From Clostridia bacterium (GTDB lineage Bacteria; Bacillota; Clostridia; Acetivibrionales; JAFADI01): a DNA stretch of 64,000 nucleotides. A program made the position numbers and the translations under genes. How positions within the stretch are numbered: position 1 is the first letter of the stretch; each line of letters opens with the position of its first letter. Location of the stretch: positions 24,709 to 88,708 of the forward strand of contig JAOACY010000120.1 of the NCBI GenBank assembly GCA_026417615.1. The letters are read 5' to 3'. A model generated the notes under the pieces. It saw only the letters and a list, made by a program, of their open reading frames with translations. It had not been told where the DNA came from and searched no databases. Below, in pieces: positions 9,005 through 19,070 of this stretch.

Positions 9005-10171
9005 ATGGGTGGAAACATTTCTATTTTAGGTTCTACAGGGTCAATTGGAGTTCAGACTCTGGATGTCGCCAGAAATCTTGGACTTAAGGTATCGGGCCTT
9101 GCAGCCGGTACAAATATTGACCTGCTGGAAAAACAGATCAGGGAGTTCAAGCCCTGTGCCGCCGCTGTAGCGGATGAAAAGCTTGCAAAAGTACTGCGTG
9201 ACAGGGTAGGGGATTTGGGCACGAAAATCCATGCCGGTGTTGAAGGAATGAATATCGTAGCCTCTTTGGAAGATGTAGATACAGTGGTTGCTTCTGTTGT
9301 GGGAACTTCGGGCTTGATTCCCACACTTGAGGCTATAAGAAGCGGTAAGGATATTGCCCTTGCAAACAAGGAAACTCTCGTAACCGCGGGCAGTGTTGTT
9401 ATAGAAGAAGCGTTAAGACATAACGTAAGAATTCTTCCTGTTGACAGCGAGCATTCTGCTATTTTCCAATGTATGATGGGAAACAGCCTGAAAGATATTT
9501 CGAAACTGATAATAACTGCATCCGGAGGACCCTTCAGGGGCAAACACCTTGAAGAACTCAAGGAGGTTACTCCTGCCCAGGCTTTAAAACATCCCAACTG
9601 GAGCATGGGGGCCAAGATAACCATTGATTCCTCCACTCTCATGAACAAGGGACTCGAGGTAATAGAAGCCAAATGGCTTTTTGATGTTGAACTGAACAAA
9701 ATTCAGGTAATGGTTCATCCACAGAGCATAATACACTCAATGGTCGAGTTTGTTGACGGATCCGTTATGGCCCAGCTGGGGCAGCCGGATATGAGGATAC
9801 CCATACAGCTGGCTCTTACATACCCTAAAAGGGAGTTCAACAGTTTTTCAAGGCTCAATCTGCTGGAGGCTGGAACTCTGACTTTTGAGGAGCCGGATCA
9901 GGAAGCGTTCCCGTGTCTGAAGCTTGCCTATGAGGCGGGCCGCTGCGGAGGCACAATGCCGGCTGTTTTAAATGCTGCAAATGAGATTGCCGTTGATTTG
10001 TTTATTAAAGAAAAAATTGGATTTATAGATATACCGGGAATTATAGAAAATGTAATGTCCAGACACATTGTGAATAATTGCCCAAACCTTGAAGATATAA
10101 TAGAAGCAGACAGGTGGGCAAGGGAAACGGCAATGCAATTGGTGAGACAAAAGTGTACAGCTATGCTTTAG
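9005..10171 (+). CDS. dxr: 1-deoxy-D-xylulose-5-phosphate reductoisomerase
   Basis: ILGSTGSIG, LANKE.LV, DSEHSAIFQC and HPNWSMG motifs are present. Confidence 0.95.
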   Translation: MGGNISILGSTGSIGVQTLDVARNLGLKVSGLAAGTNIDLLEKQIREFKPCAAAVADEKLAKVLRDRVGDLGTKIHAGVEGMNIVASLEDVDTVVASVVGTSGLIPTLEAIRSGKDIALANKETLVTAGSVVIEEALRHNVRILPVDSEHSAIFQCMMGNSLKDISKLIITASGGPFRGKHLEELKEVTPAQALKHPNWSMGAKITIDSSTLMNKGLEVIEAKWLFDVELNKIQVMVHPQSIIHSMVEFVDGSVMAQLGQPDMRIPIQLALTYPKREFNSFSRLNLLEAGTLTFEEPDQEAFPCLKLAYEAGRCGGTMPAVLNAANEIAVDLFIKEKIGFIDIPGIIENVMSRHIVNNCPNLEDIIEADRWARETAMQLVRQKCTAML

Positions 10172-10233
10172 CACTCCTTCAAATGACAATAAAAATTGTT
10201 TTGCAATAAATTTTAGAAAGGAATCAGAAATTT

Positions 10234-11538
10234 ATGCAGCTTATACTGGCAATTCTGGCGTTTAACGCAATCATAATAATCCATGAGATGGGACATTTTT
10301 TACTGGCAAGGTTATTTAAGATAAAGGTTTATGAATTTTCACTTTTTATCGGACCCAAAATATTCAGCTTCCAGCATAAGGAAACAATATTTTCCATACG
10401 GCTTATTCCTATGCTGGCTTATGTTGCCTTTGACAAGGAGGACTCCGTGTACGAAGACAAGTCCCTGGCCAGCCATCCTGTTCACGCCAGGGCAGCGGTT
10501 ATCGCAGCCGGGCCTCTGTTTAATATTGCAAGCGCTGCTGTAGCCTTTGCCGTAATGCTTGCCATAGCAGGATATCAGACAACAGAAATCAGCGTTGTCC
10601 AAAAGGATACCCCTGCTTACTATGCGGGAATACAGAAAGGTGACAAAGTGATAAGCTTTGACGGCAAAAGGATTTACCAGCCTATGGAAATAGATATGTT
10701 CATGTATAACATATCAGGTGGAAAAACTGTCGATATAAAAGTGCAAAGGGGCAATGAAACAATACCCTTAAAGCTCACCCCGCGGATTATTCCTGAAAAC
10801 AGGCCTCTGATAGGCTTTTCGCCAAAGGAGATAAACGGCGAGCACACCAACATGATTGAAAGGGTGGAGCCGGGAAGTCCAGCTGATGCTGCCGGAATAA
10901 AGTCCGGAGATATAATAGTCAAGCTTGACAGCACAGAAGTATTAAATATGCAGCAGATACTAAACTTCATGTACAAAAACCAGGGGGAACCTGTAAGCAT
11001 TACCATACTTAGGGACGGAAAGAAGCTTGAACCGATAACCGTAACTCCTAAAAGGGGCAAGAATCCTCAAATGTACAGAACAGAGCTGAATTTCAGCTTT
11101 GAAAAAGGGAATGCCGGTGACATTATACAGCAATCTTTAATTAGAACTTATTCCTTTACGAGAATAGGTGTATACTCCTTTGCATGGCTCGTACAGGGTA
11201 AGGTGCCACTGAACCAGATGACCGGAGCCGTAGGGGCGGTTGATGCTATAAATACTGCTGTAAGGCAGAGTACATCTATTAAAGACAGCTTTATATACCT
11301 GTTGTTTATGTCAGCTTTAATAAGCATTGGCTTGGGAGTTGCAAACCTGCTTCCAATACCTCCGGCAGACGGAAGCAAGCTTATCCTGCTGGCTGTGGAG
11401 GCTGTAAGAAGAAAACCGCTGCCACAGGAAAAGGAAGCATTTATTATGATGGCAGGCTTTGCGCTGATGCTTCTGCTTTTTGTATTTACTCTTTACAATG
11501 ATATAGCACGCATATTGACGAGGATTTTTGGAGGCTAG
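10234..11538 (+). CDS. rseP: RIP site-2 metalloprotease RseP/RasP family
   Basis: HEMGH lies in the first TM segment, PDZ-like repeats (GD.I....G) lie centrally, and the C-terminal motif is NLLPIPPADG. Confidence 0.9.
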   Translation: MQLILAILAFNAIIIIHEMGHFLLARLFKIKVYEFSLFIGPKIFSFQHKETIFSIRLIPMLAYVAFDKEDSVYEDKSLASHPVHARAAVIAAGPLFNIASAAVAFAVMLAIAGYQTTEISVVQKDTPAYYAGIQKGDKVISFDGKRIYQPMEIDMFMYNISGGKTVDIKVQRGNETIPLKLTPRIIPENRPLIGFSPKEINGEHTNMIERVEPGSPADAAGIKSGDIIVKLDSTEVLNMQQILNFMYKNQGEPVSITILRDGKKLEPITVTPKRGKNPQMYRTELNFSFEKGNAGDIIQQSLIRTYSFTRIGVYSFAWLVQGKVPLNQMTGAVGAVDAINTAVRQSTSIKDSFIYLLFMSALISIGLGVANLLPIPPADGSKLILLAVEAVRRKPLPQEKEAFIMMAGFALMLLLFVFTLYNDIARILTRIFGG

Positions 11539-11561
11539 AGGTTGGGAATGAAGGTTGGTTT

Positions 11562-12626
11562 ATGATGGATATATATGCAAGCAGAAGAAAGACAAAGAAG
11601 ATTCGTGTCAGGGATATATATATTGGCGGAGATGCGCCAATTACAGTACAATCTATGACAAATACCGACACAAGGGATATTCCTGCAACCATAGAACAAA
11701 TAAAAAGGCTGGAGGATGCCGGATGCGAGCTTGTCCGCCTTGCAGTTCCAGATTATGCCGCGTCACAGGCCATTAAAGACATCAAGAAGGCTACACGCAT
11801 TCCATTGGTAGCCGACATTCACTTTGATTACAGGCTTGCTTTGGAATGTATGAAGAACGGAGCAGACAAGATCAGGCTGAATCCAGGAAATATCGGTGAC
11901 AGGGATAGAGTGAGGGCCGTCGTCGAGATGGCAAAGGAGCGTGAAGTGCCTATAAGAATAGGTGTAAACTCCGGATCGGTTGAAAAGCATATTTTAGACA
12001 AGTATAATGGGGTGACTCCCGAAGGCATGGTGGAAAGCGCCCTTGGACATGCTGAAATTCTTGAAAGCCTTAGTTTTAATCAAATCGCATTTTCCATCAA
12101 AGCTTCAAGCGTACCCATGACAATAGCAGCTTACAGGCTTATTTCCCAGAAATCTGAATATCCGCTTCACATTGGTGTTACAGAGGCGGGAACAATATTC
12201 AGGGGAACTGTAAAATCCTCCGTAGGCATTGGCTGCCTCCTTGCGGAAGGTATCGGAGATACGCTAAGGGTTTCCCTCACAGGGGATCCCGTTGAAGAAG
12301 TGAAGGTAGGGCTTGAAATATTAAAGGCTCTTGGCTTGCGAAAGGGAGGAATTGATTTTGTTTCCTGCCCCACCTGCGGAAGATGCCAGTTAGACCTGAT
12401 TAAAATAGCAAATCTTGTGGAAGCCAGGCTTCAAGCCGTTGACAAGGATATTAAGGTAGCAGTGATGGGGTGTGCGGTTAACGGCCCGGGAGAGGCACGG
12501 GAGGCAGATATTGGTATTGCCGGGGGAAATGGAGAAGCCCTACTTTTTAAAAAGGGGCAGATAATAAGAAAAATCCCGGAGGACAGGATTGTTGAAGAGC
12601 TTTTGGCAGAGATAGAATACCTATAA
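11562..12626 (+). CDS. ispG: 4-hydroxy-3-methylbut-2-enyl diphosphate synthase
   Basis: VQSMTNT.T.D, RINPGNIG and CPTCGR...VMGC.VNGPGEA motifs are present. Confidence 0.95.
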   Translation: MMDIYASRRKTKKIRVRDIYIGGDAPITVQSMTNTDTRDIPATIEQIKRLEDAGCELVRLAVPDYAASQAIKDIKKATRIPLVADIHFDYRLALECMKNGADKIRLNPGNIGDRDRVRAVVEMAKEREVPIRIGVNSGSVEKHILDKYNGVTPEGMVESALGHAEILESLSFNQIAFSIKASSVPMTIAAYRLISQKSEYPLHIGVTEAGTIFRGTVKSSVGIGCLLAEGIGDTLRVSLTGDPVEEVKVGLEILKALGLRKGGIDFVSCPTCGRCQLDLIKIANLVEARLQAVDKDIKVAVMGCAVNGPGEAREADIGIAGGNGEALLFKKGQIIRKIPEDRIVEELLAEIEYL

Positions 12627-12651
12627 GTAAGCCGGTGAGGGATAAGCAAAT

Positions 12652-15600
12652 ATGCAAAATGCAGCTATAGACAACAAAGGTTTTCTTGAGCTTTTTCCGG
12701 AATTAAGCAAAAACAGCGAGCTCTCGCAAGCAATAGGAAACCTTAGGATTTCAAGAGTTAATATATTTTCAAAATCAAAGAAGCTGGAAATCTGCGTTAC
12801 TTCCGAGACGTTAATTCCGGGTTGTGTTTTCTCAAGCCTGGAGTCAAGCTTAAAAAGCATTTTCAAGCTTGATGCGGTTGTTGTATCACCTAAGTTTCAT
12901 TTGCAAATGTCCGTTAATGATATACTTACACAGTATTGGAGAAGTATTGTCCAGCTGGTTAACAGCAAGGTTGCTCTAAGCAGAGGCATTATGGCTGAAT
13001 GCGACTGGGAGCTTTTGGACAGCAATCTTATAATCAAGCTGAAAACAAAGGGCTCTGAAATACTTAAGGCTCAGGGCTGTGATGCTATAATTGAATCAAT
13101 TCTGCAGGACTGGTTTTCAAAAAAAATCAGGGTGGAATTCAGGGATTTTGATATTGACGAGGTGGTTTGGGATGAATACCTTGCCTTTAAGGAGTTTGAA
13201 GAATCAAAGCTGGTGAATGAAACCGTCATAGTCCCTGACAAGCCTGCCGAATCAAATGGCAGCAAGCAAAAGCCCAAGCCACAAGCGGGCATGCCGTGTG
13301 TAATTTTGGGAAAAGCTTTTAACGACAGCCTTGCAAATATGAATGAGGTAACTCAGGATTCCGGTAAGATATGCGTTTGGGGAGATATTTTCAAGGTGGA
13401 ATTCCGAGAATTAAGAAGCGGCAAATTCTTATGCATTTTTGATGCCACGGACTATACAAGCTCTCTGACTATTAAATTCTTTATAGAAAAAGGCGACATT
13501 GACCTCTTTAAAGAGCAAATAAAAGAAGGCATCAGAGTTAAGGTAAGGGGAGAAGCCCAATACGACAAGTTTTCAAAAGAATTGACCGTGCTTGCTGGCG
13601 ATATTTTGGAAATACAAAAGGAAATTAAGCTTGACAATGCAGAGGAAAAAAGGGTTGAGCTGCACCTTCACACCCAGATGAGCTCCATGGACGCGGTTTC
13701 TTCCGCGAAGGATCTTGTCAAAAGAGCGGCCCAATGGGGTCACAAGGCAATAGCCATTACAGACCACGGAGTTGTGCAGGCTTTTCCTGATGCTTTTGAG
13801 GCGGGCAAGAAAAACAACATAAAGATACTGTACGGCATGGAGTGCTACATATTGGATGACAGTGTTCCGGTGGTTTATGATTCCAATGGTCAGTCAATAG
13901 ATGATGTTTTTGTTGTGCTTGACATCGAAACAACCGGATTAAACCCGGGAAAGGACAAAATAACCGAGATTGGCGCTGTTAAAATCAAAGACGGGAAAAT
14001 CATTGACAGATTCAGCAGCTTTGTGAATCCAGAGATGCCTATACCCAGCTTTATAACAAAGCTTACAGGCATTACAAACGAAATGGTGGCGGACAGTCCT
14101 GCCATAGAACCTGTTATGCTTGAGTTTCTGGAATTTATAAACGGAGCTGTGCTGGTAGCCCATAACGCGCCATTTGATCTTGGCTTTATCAGGCATTTTG
14201 CAAGAGTTATGGGTGAGCGCATAAGCAATCCGGTTATTGATACCCTGCAGCTTTGCAGAAAAATGTTCCCCGGGCTGGACCGCTACAAGCTGAATATTGT
14301 GGCAAATCATCTTGGGATCAAGCTTGACAATCACCACAGGGCAATAGACGATTCTAGGGCAACGGCTGAGATTTTTATCAGGTGTCTTGAAATCCTAAGG
14401 CAGAAGGGAGTAAGTTCCATTGATGATATTGAAAAAGCCTATGACAATGTTGAAGACTATACAAAGGCTCCTTCGTACCACGCTATAATTATTGTGAAGA
14501 ACACTGCAGGCCTTAAAAACCTTTATAAAATAGTATCCGAATCACATTTGAAGTATTATTACAAGAAGCCGAGGGTACCCAAAAAGCTTCTGATGAAATA
14601 CAGGGAGGGGCTTATATTAGGCAGCGCCTGTGAGGCTGGAGAGCTTTATTCTGCAATACTTGAAAATAAAAGCGACGATGTCATATCCAAAATAGTGCGC
14701 TTCTATGACTACCTTGAGATTCAGCCCATCGGAAACAACCAGTTCCTTATCAATAACGGAAAAGTAAAGAGCCAGGAGGAGCTGCGGAATATAAACAGGA
14801 AAATAGTAAGGCTGGGAGACAAGTATAAAAAATTAGTTGTAGCTACCTGTGATGTTCATTTCATGGACCCCGGGGACGAGGTGTTCAGGCGAATCCTTAT
14901 GGCGGGACAGGGCTATAGCGATGCTGACAATCAGGCACCTCTGTTTTTGAGGACAACTGAAGAAATGCTGGAGGAGTTCAGTTATCTTGGCAGGGAAAAA
15001 GCTTATGAGGTTGTAATCACAAACACCAATAAGATTGCTGATATGACTGAGGAAATAGCACCTGTGCCCTCCGGGACCTTTCCTCCGAAAATGGAGGGTG
15101 CGGAAGAAGAAATCAAGAGACTTGCGGAAGACAAGGCAAAAGAAATATACGGAGATCCGCTGCCGGAGATAGTTTCTAAGAGACTGGAAAAGGAATTGAA
15201 CTCCATAATAAAGAATGGTTTCTCGGTTATGTACCTCATCGCCCAGAAACTGGTTTCCAAATCCTTGAGTGACGGTTATCTGGTTGGCTCAAGGGGATCC
15301 GTAGGCTCATCCTTCGTTGCAAACATGTCGGGAATAACAGAGGTCAATTCGTTGCAGCCCCACTATATCTGCACGGAATGCAAATATTCGGAATTTATTA
15401 CGGATGGAAGCTTTGACTGCGGCTTTGACCTTCCAGACAAGAACTGTCCGGATTGTGGCAAGCCTCTTAAAAAGGACGGCTATGACATACCCTTCGAAAC
15501 CTTCCTTGGCTTTGAAGGAGACAAGGAGCCTGATATTGACCTGAACTTCTCTGGAGAGTACCAGCCAAGGGCACATAAGTATACGGAGGAGCTCTTCGGA

Positions 15601-16950
15601 GAGGGTCATGTCTTCAGGGCGGGAACCATTGCTTCAGTGGCTGAGAAGACTGCATACGGGTTTGTTAAGAATTACCTTGACGAAAGAGGTATTGTAGTTA
15701 CAAATGCGGAAATAAACCGGCTTGTCAAGGGCTGCACAGGAGTTAAAAGGACCACAGGCCAGCATCCGGGCGGAATTATGATTGTTCCGCAGGACAAGGA
15801 GATTTTTGACTTTTCTCCGATACAGCGTCCTGCAGATGATACGGAATCTAGCATAATTACTACTCATTTTGACTACCACTTCCTGCACGGAAGTATTCTG
15901 AAGCTTGATATACTGGGGCATGACGACCCTACGGTAATCAGGATGCTGGAGGATCTGACAGGGGTAAATGCCAGGACGATTCCAATCGGTGAAAAACGGA
16001 CCATGGGTATCTTCAGCAGCACAGAGCCGCTGGGCGTTAAGCCTGAGGATATTAACAGCGAGGTAGGAACCTTTGCGATACCTGAATTCGGCACAAAATT
16101 CGTCCGTCAAATGCTGGTTGATACAAAACCCAGTACTTTCTCTGAGCTTATACGCATATCAGGCCTTTCCCACGGTACGGACGTTTGGCTGAACAATGCC
16201 CAGGACCTCATACGCAATGGCACTGCGGCACTGTCGCAGTGTATTTGCTGCCGTGACGATATTATGATTTACCTTATACATAAAGGTCTTAACCCCAAGA
16301 CAGCGTTTAAAATCATGGAGGATGTCCGAAAGGGCAAAGGGGTCAAGGAGGAGTATGAGCAGGCAATGAAGGAAAATAAAGTGCCTGACTGGTACATTCA
16401 ATCCTGTAAAACCATTAAATACATGTTCCCCAAAGCCCATGCCGCAGCCTATGTAATGATGGCCTTCAGAATAGCCTGGTTCAAGGTTTACTACCCTGAA
16501 GCCTTTTATGTTACTTACTTTACTGTCAGGGCTGATGAATTCGATGCCCAGCTCATGACTCACGGACAGGACAAGGTAAGGAATGCAATCAAGGAGCTTG
16601 AGCAAAAGGGAAACAACATGACCCAGAAGGAAAAGAATGTTCTGACTATACTTGAAGTAGCCAATGAAATGTATGCCAGAGGGATAAAATTCCTTCCTGT
16701 GGATTTATATAAGTCCGATGCGGTGAAGTTCCAGATTACTACTGAAGGCATAAGGCCTCCGCTCAACGCTCTTCAGGGTCTGGGCGCAGCTGCGGCCCAG
16801 AACATAGTAGAGGCAAGAAAAGGCGGGGAGTTCATTTCCATAGATGACCTGCGCATACGTGCCAAAATCACCAAGGCAGTCATTGAAATTCTGCAAACCC
16901 ACGGTTGCCTCGACAAAATGCCCGAGAGCAACCAGATGAGTTTGTTTTAA
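12652..16950 (+). CDS. polC: DNA polymerase III alpha subunit, PolC type
   Basis: 1432 aa. It has a PHP motif (ELHLHTQMS), an inserted DEDD exonuclease (VVLDIETTGL, HNAPFDLGF, HRAIDD), a zinc-finger region (CTECKYSE...CPDCG) and a polymerase core. Confidence 0.97.
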   Translation: MQNAAIDNKGFLELFPELSKNSELSQAIGNLRISRVNIFSKSKKLEICVTSETLIPGCVFSSLESSLKSIFKLDAVVVSPKFHLQMSVNDILTQYWRSIVQLVNSKVALSRGIMAECDWELLDSNLIIKLKTKGSEILKAQGCDAIIESILQDWFSKKIRVEFRDFDIDEVVWDEYLAFKEFEESKLVNETVIVPDKPAESNGSKQKPKPQAGMPCVILGKAFNDSLANMNEVTQDSGKICVWGDIFKVEFRELRSGKFLCIFDATDYTSSLTIKFFIEKGDIDLFKEQIKEGIRVKVRGEAQYDKFSKELTVLAGDILEIQKEIKLDNAEEKRVELHLHTQMSSMDAVSSAKDLVKRAAQWGHKAIAITDHGVVQAFPDAFEAGKKNNIKILYGMECYILDDSVPVVYDSNGQSIDDVFVVLDIETTGLNPGKDKITEIGAVKIKDGKIIDRFSSFVNPEMPIPSFITKLTGITNEMVADSPAIEPVMLEFLEFINGAVLVAHNAPFDLGFIRHFARVMGERISNPVIDTLQLCRKMFPGLDRYKLNIVANHLGIKLDNHHRAIDDSRATAEIFIRCLEILRQKGVSSIDDIEKAYDNVEDYTKAPSYHAIIIVKNTAGLKNLYKIVSESHLKYYYKKPRVPKKLLMKYREGLILGSACEAGELYSAILENKSDDVISKIVRFYDYLEIQPIGNNQFLINNGKVKSQEELRNINRKIVRLGDKYKKLVVATCDVHFMDPGDEVFRRILMAGQGYSDADNQAPLFLRTTEEMLEEFSYLGREKAYEVVITNTNKIADMTEEIAPVPSGTFPPKMEGAEEEIKRLAEDKAKEIYGDPLPEIVSKRLEKELNSIIKNGFSVMYLIAQKLVSKSLSDGYLVGSRGSVGSSFVANMSGITEVNSLQPHYICTECKYSEFITDGSFDCGFDLPDKNCPDCGKPLKKDGYDIPFETFLGFEGDKEPDIDLNFSGEYQPRAHKYTEELFGEGHVFRAGTIASVAEKTAYGFVKNYLDERGIVVTNAEINRLVKGCTGVKRTTGQHPGGIMIVPQDKEIFDFSPIQRPADDTESSIITTHFDYHFLHGSILKLDILGHDDPTVIRMLEDLTGVNARTIPIGEKRTMGIFSSTEPLGVKPEDINSEVGTFAIPEFGTKFVRQMLVDTKPSTFSELIRISGLSHGTDVWLNNAQDLIRNGTAALSQCICCRDDIMIYLIHKGLNPKTAFKIMEDVRKGKGVKEEYEQAMKENKVPDWYIQSCKTIKYMFPKAHAAAYVMMAFRIAWFKVYYPEAFYVTYFTVRADEFDAQLMTHGQDKVRNAIKELEQKGNNMTQKEKNVLTILEVANEMYARGIKFLPVDLYKSDAVKFQITTEGIRPPLNALQGLGAAAAQNIVEARKGGEFISIDDLRIRAKITKAVIEILQTHGCLDKMPESNQMSLF

Positions 16951-16976
16951 GCTTGGTTGGTGAATGAGACTTTTTG

Positions 16977-17429
16977 TTAATTGCCATATTCTTTGATAAA
17001 ATCTAAAACCAGCTGTTTGATTTTATCTTTTAGTTCTTTGACCTTAATAATCTTTTCTTCTTCTGTACCTGTAAAGTCTTCGGGATTTTCCAAATCCCAA
17101 TATATTCTTTTTGGTATGCCTGGGAATGTGGGGCATTCTGCTTCTTTGGCTTTGTTACAAACAGTAATGACATACCCATAAAAATTTTGAGCTTTTACAA
17201 GGCTGAAAACACTTTGGGTTTTCTTTTCGGTCAAGTCGATGCCTTCCTCTTTCATTACTTCAACAACTAGAGGATTTATTTCAGTTGGAGCAAATCCCGC
17301 ACTTTCAGCTTCAAACCTGTCACCGCCTAGTTTTTTTAATAGTGCTTCGGCTATTTGGCTTCTTGCGGAGTTGTGTACACAAATAAACAGCACTTTTATT
17401 TTCAAAGAACTCGCCTCCTTTTTCAGCAC
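16977..17429 (-). CDS. arsC: Arsenate reductase / low-molecular-weight phosphatase family protein (thioredoxin-coupled ArsC type)
   Basis: The P-loop is CVHNSARSQ (CX5R-S). A downstream Cys pair, VCNKAKEAEC, sits where the ArsC Cys82/Cys89 pair lies. There are no arsR or arsB neighbours, so the physiological substrate is uncertain. Confidence 0.65.
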   Translation of the reverse strand: MLKKEASSLKIKVLFICVHNSARSQIAEALLKKLGGDRFEAESAGFAPTEINPLVVEVMKEEGIDLTEKKTQSVFSLVKAQNFYGYVITVCNKAKEAECPTFPGIPKRIYWDLENPEDFTGTEEEKIIKVKELKDKIKQLVLDFIKEYGN

Positions 17430-17546
17430 GAATTATTTTTTGTATTGTAGATCGTTACAATATATTATAATAGAATTAAACAACAATCCGATAGAAAATT
17501 GATGTTAAATTTGTGTAAAACAAAACCGTCAATTTAACACAATCGT

Positions 17547-17579
17547 CAAAATGCCACAGACGGCATTTTGAGCATCACG
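17547..17579 (+). repeat. Solo core-hairpin module of the repeat family (copy E)
   Basis: CAAAATGCC-acagac-GGCATTTTGAGCATCACG matches the centre of copies A (4856-4888) and B. The terminal repeats are absent. Confidence 0.6.
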
Positions 17580-17610
17580 ACAATCTATTTTAAATTGGAT
17601 GTGAAACAAC

Positions 17611-18333
17611 ATGCAAGGTTACATAATTTTGTTGATTTCAAGCTTTATTGCTGCATTAATTTCCGGTGCAGCCGGTTTTGGCGGTGCTTTACTGCTATTA
17701 CCGGTGCTCACGCTGTATCTAGGCGTTGAGATGGCTGTGCCTGTGCTGACAATAGCCCAGCTTGTTGGGAACATATCAAGGATGAGTATAGCTATTAAAC
17801 AAATTGAGTGGAAAAAAGCAGGCTTGTTTTTAATTACTGCTTTGCCCCTCACTGCTATTGGCGCATTTTCCTTTGTCAGCTTTCCAAAAGATATTGTTAC
17901 AAGAGCAGTCGGAGGAGTATTAATTGCGCTTGTTTTACTGAAATATTATAATATATTCGCTTTTCAGGCAAGCAATAAGCTAATACTTTTTGGGGGTGCT
18001 GCAGTAGGCCTGTTGTCAGGACTTGCGGGAAGCGCAGGCCCCTTGGGCGCGGCTGTGTTTTTATCATTAGGACTTCCGCCTGTGGCCTATATTGCAAGTG
18101 AGGCAACCACTGCCACAGCGATGCATATATTAAAAATAATCATTTACGGGAAGCTTATCGCCATACCGCTTTATGCATGGATTGCAGGAGGAATAATGGG
18201 AGCTGCCATGATAGCAGGAACATACACTGCAAAGAGATTAATCAGTAATATGAGCAAGGACAGATTTCAAAAATATGTGGCGATATTACTATGCATAGTT
18301 GGTTTATATATGCTTGTATTCGGAGCAAAGTAA
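17611..18333 (+). CDS. TauE/SafE family sulfite/anion exporter-like membrane protein
   Basis: 240 aa with about 7-8 TM segments. The two halves are Gly-rich (GAAGFGGALLLLP and GLAGSAGPLG), which is typical of TauE/SafE (DUF81). Confidence 0.7.
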   Translation: MQGYIILLISSFIAALISGAAGFGGALLLLPVLTLYLGVEMAVPVLTIAQLVGNISRMSIAIKQIEWKKAGLFLITALPLTAIGAFSFVSFPKDIVTRAVGGVLIALVLLKYYNIFAFQASNKLILFGGAAVGLLSGLAGSAGPLGAAVFLSLGLPPVAYIASEATTATAMHILKIIIYGKLIAIPLYAWIAGGIMGAAMIAGTYTAKRLISNMSKDRFQKYVAILLCIVGLYMLVFGAK

Positions 18334-18389
18334 TTTAAGGTTGTTTCCACTTCAATAAATATATTTTTTGAAAATTAACTAATAAAATG

Positions 18390-18418
18390 TTGATTAAAGC
18401 AAATAATAGTGTTATAAT
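18390..18418 (+). promoter_or_regulatory. Candidate sigma-A promoter of the rimP-nusA-infB operon
   Basis: TTGATT (18390-18395), a 17-nt spacer, then TGtTATAAT extended -10 (18410-18418). Confidence 0.6.
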
Positions 18419-18453
18419 ACTTGTGGACTAAAGCATATAGGCATTTTAAATGA

Positions 18454-18478
18454 AAAGAGTGGGAACAACCCACTCTTT
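18454..18478 (+). promoter_or_regulatory. Leader hairpin upstream of rimP (possible attenuator)
   Basis: AAAGAGTGGG (18454-18463) pairs with CCCACTCTTT (18469-18478). The loop is AACAA. The downstream U-tract is poor (CGTATTA). Confidence 0.35.
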
Positions 18479-18533
18479 CGTATTATACCAGCATTGAGGA
18501 TAATACGATTTTCTTGTTGATGGAGGTTGTTTG

Positions 18534-18995
18534 ATGGCAAAAAAAAGAGTAGAAGACATAGTGGCAGCGCTTGCGCAGCCAATAGTGGATAAGCACCTTT
18601 TTGAACTGGTGGATGTGGAGTTCGTGAAGGAAGGGGCGAACTGGTATCTTAGGGTGTATATAGATAAGCCCAGCGGTGTGACAATTGATGATTGTCAGGT
18701 CATAAGCGAAGGGTTGAGCGAGGTTCTTGACAAGGAGGATCCTATTGAACAAAGTTATTTTCTCGAGGTATCGTCTCCAGGGCTGGAAAGGCCGTTGAAG
18801 AAAGACAGTGATTTTGAAAAGTATAAGGGCGAGACTGTCGAAGTAAAGCTTTTTGAAGCCATTGAGGGCAAGAAGGTATTTGAAGGCGAACTGCTGGGGC
18901 TAGCTGACAACCATGTGGAGTTAAAAATCGGAAACGATTTTGCAAGCTTTGACAGGGATAAGATAGCATTAGTAAGAAAAGTTGCAAAATTTTAA
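18534..18995 (+). CDS. rimP: Ribosome maturation factor RimP
   Basis: LVDVEFVKEG..WYLRVYID and EVSSPGLERPLK motifs are present. ATG 18534 lies 7 nt after GGAGG. Confidence 0.9.
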   Translation: MAKKRVEDIVAALAQPIVDKHLFELVDVEFVKEGANWYLRVYIDKPSGVTIDDCQVISEGLSEVLDKEDPIEQSYFLEVSSPGLERPLKKDSDFEKYKGETVEVKLFEAIEGKKVFEGELLGLADNHVELKIGNDFASFDRDKIALVRKVAKF

Positions 18996-19070
18996 CAATA
19001 CATAATTTTTGGGAAATATTTTTTAATCCCGTAAACCCGGGTCAATTACATAAGGAGGTTGTCTGAAAAA

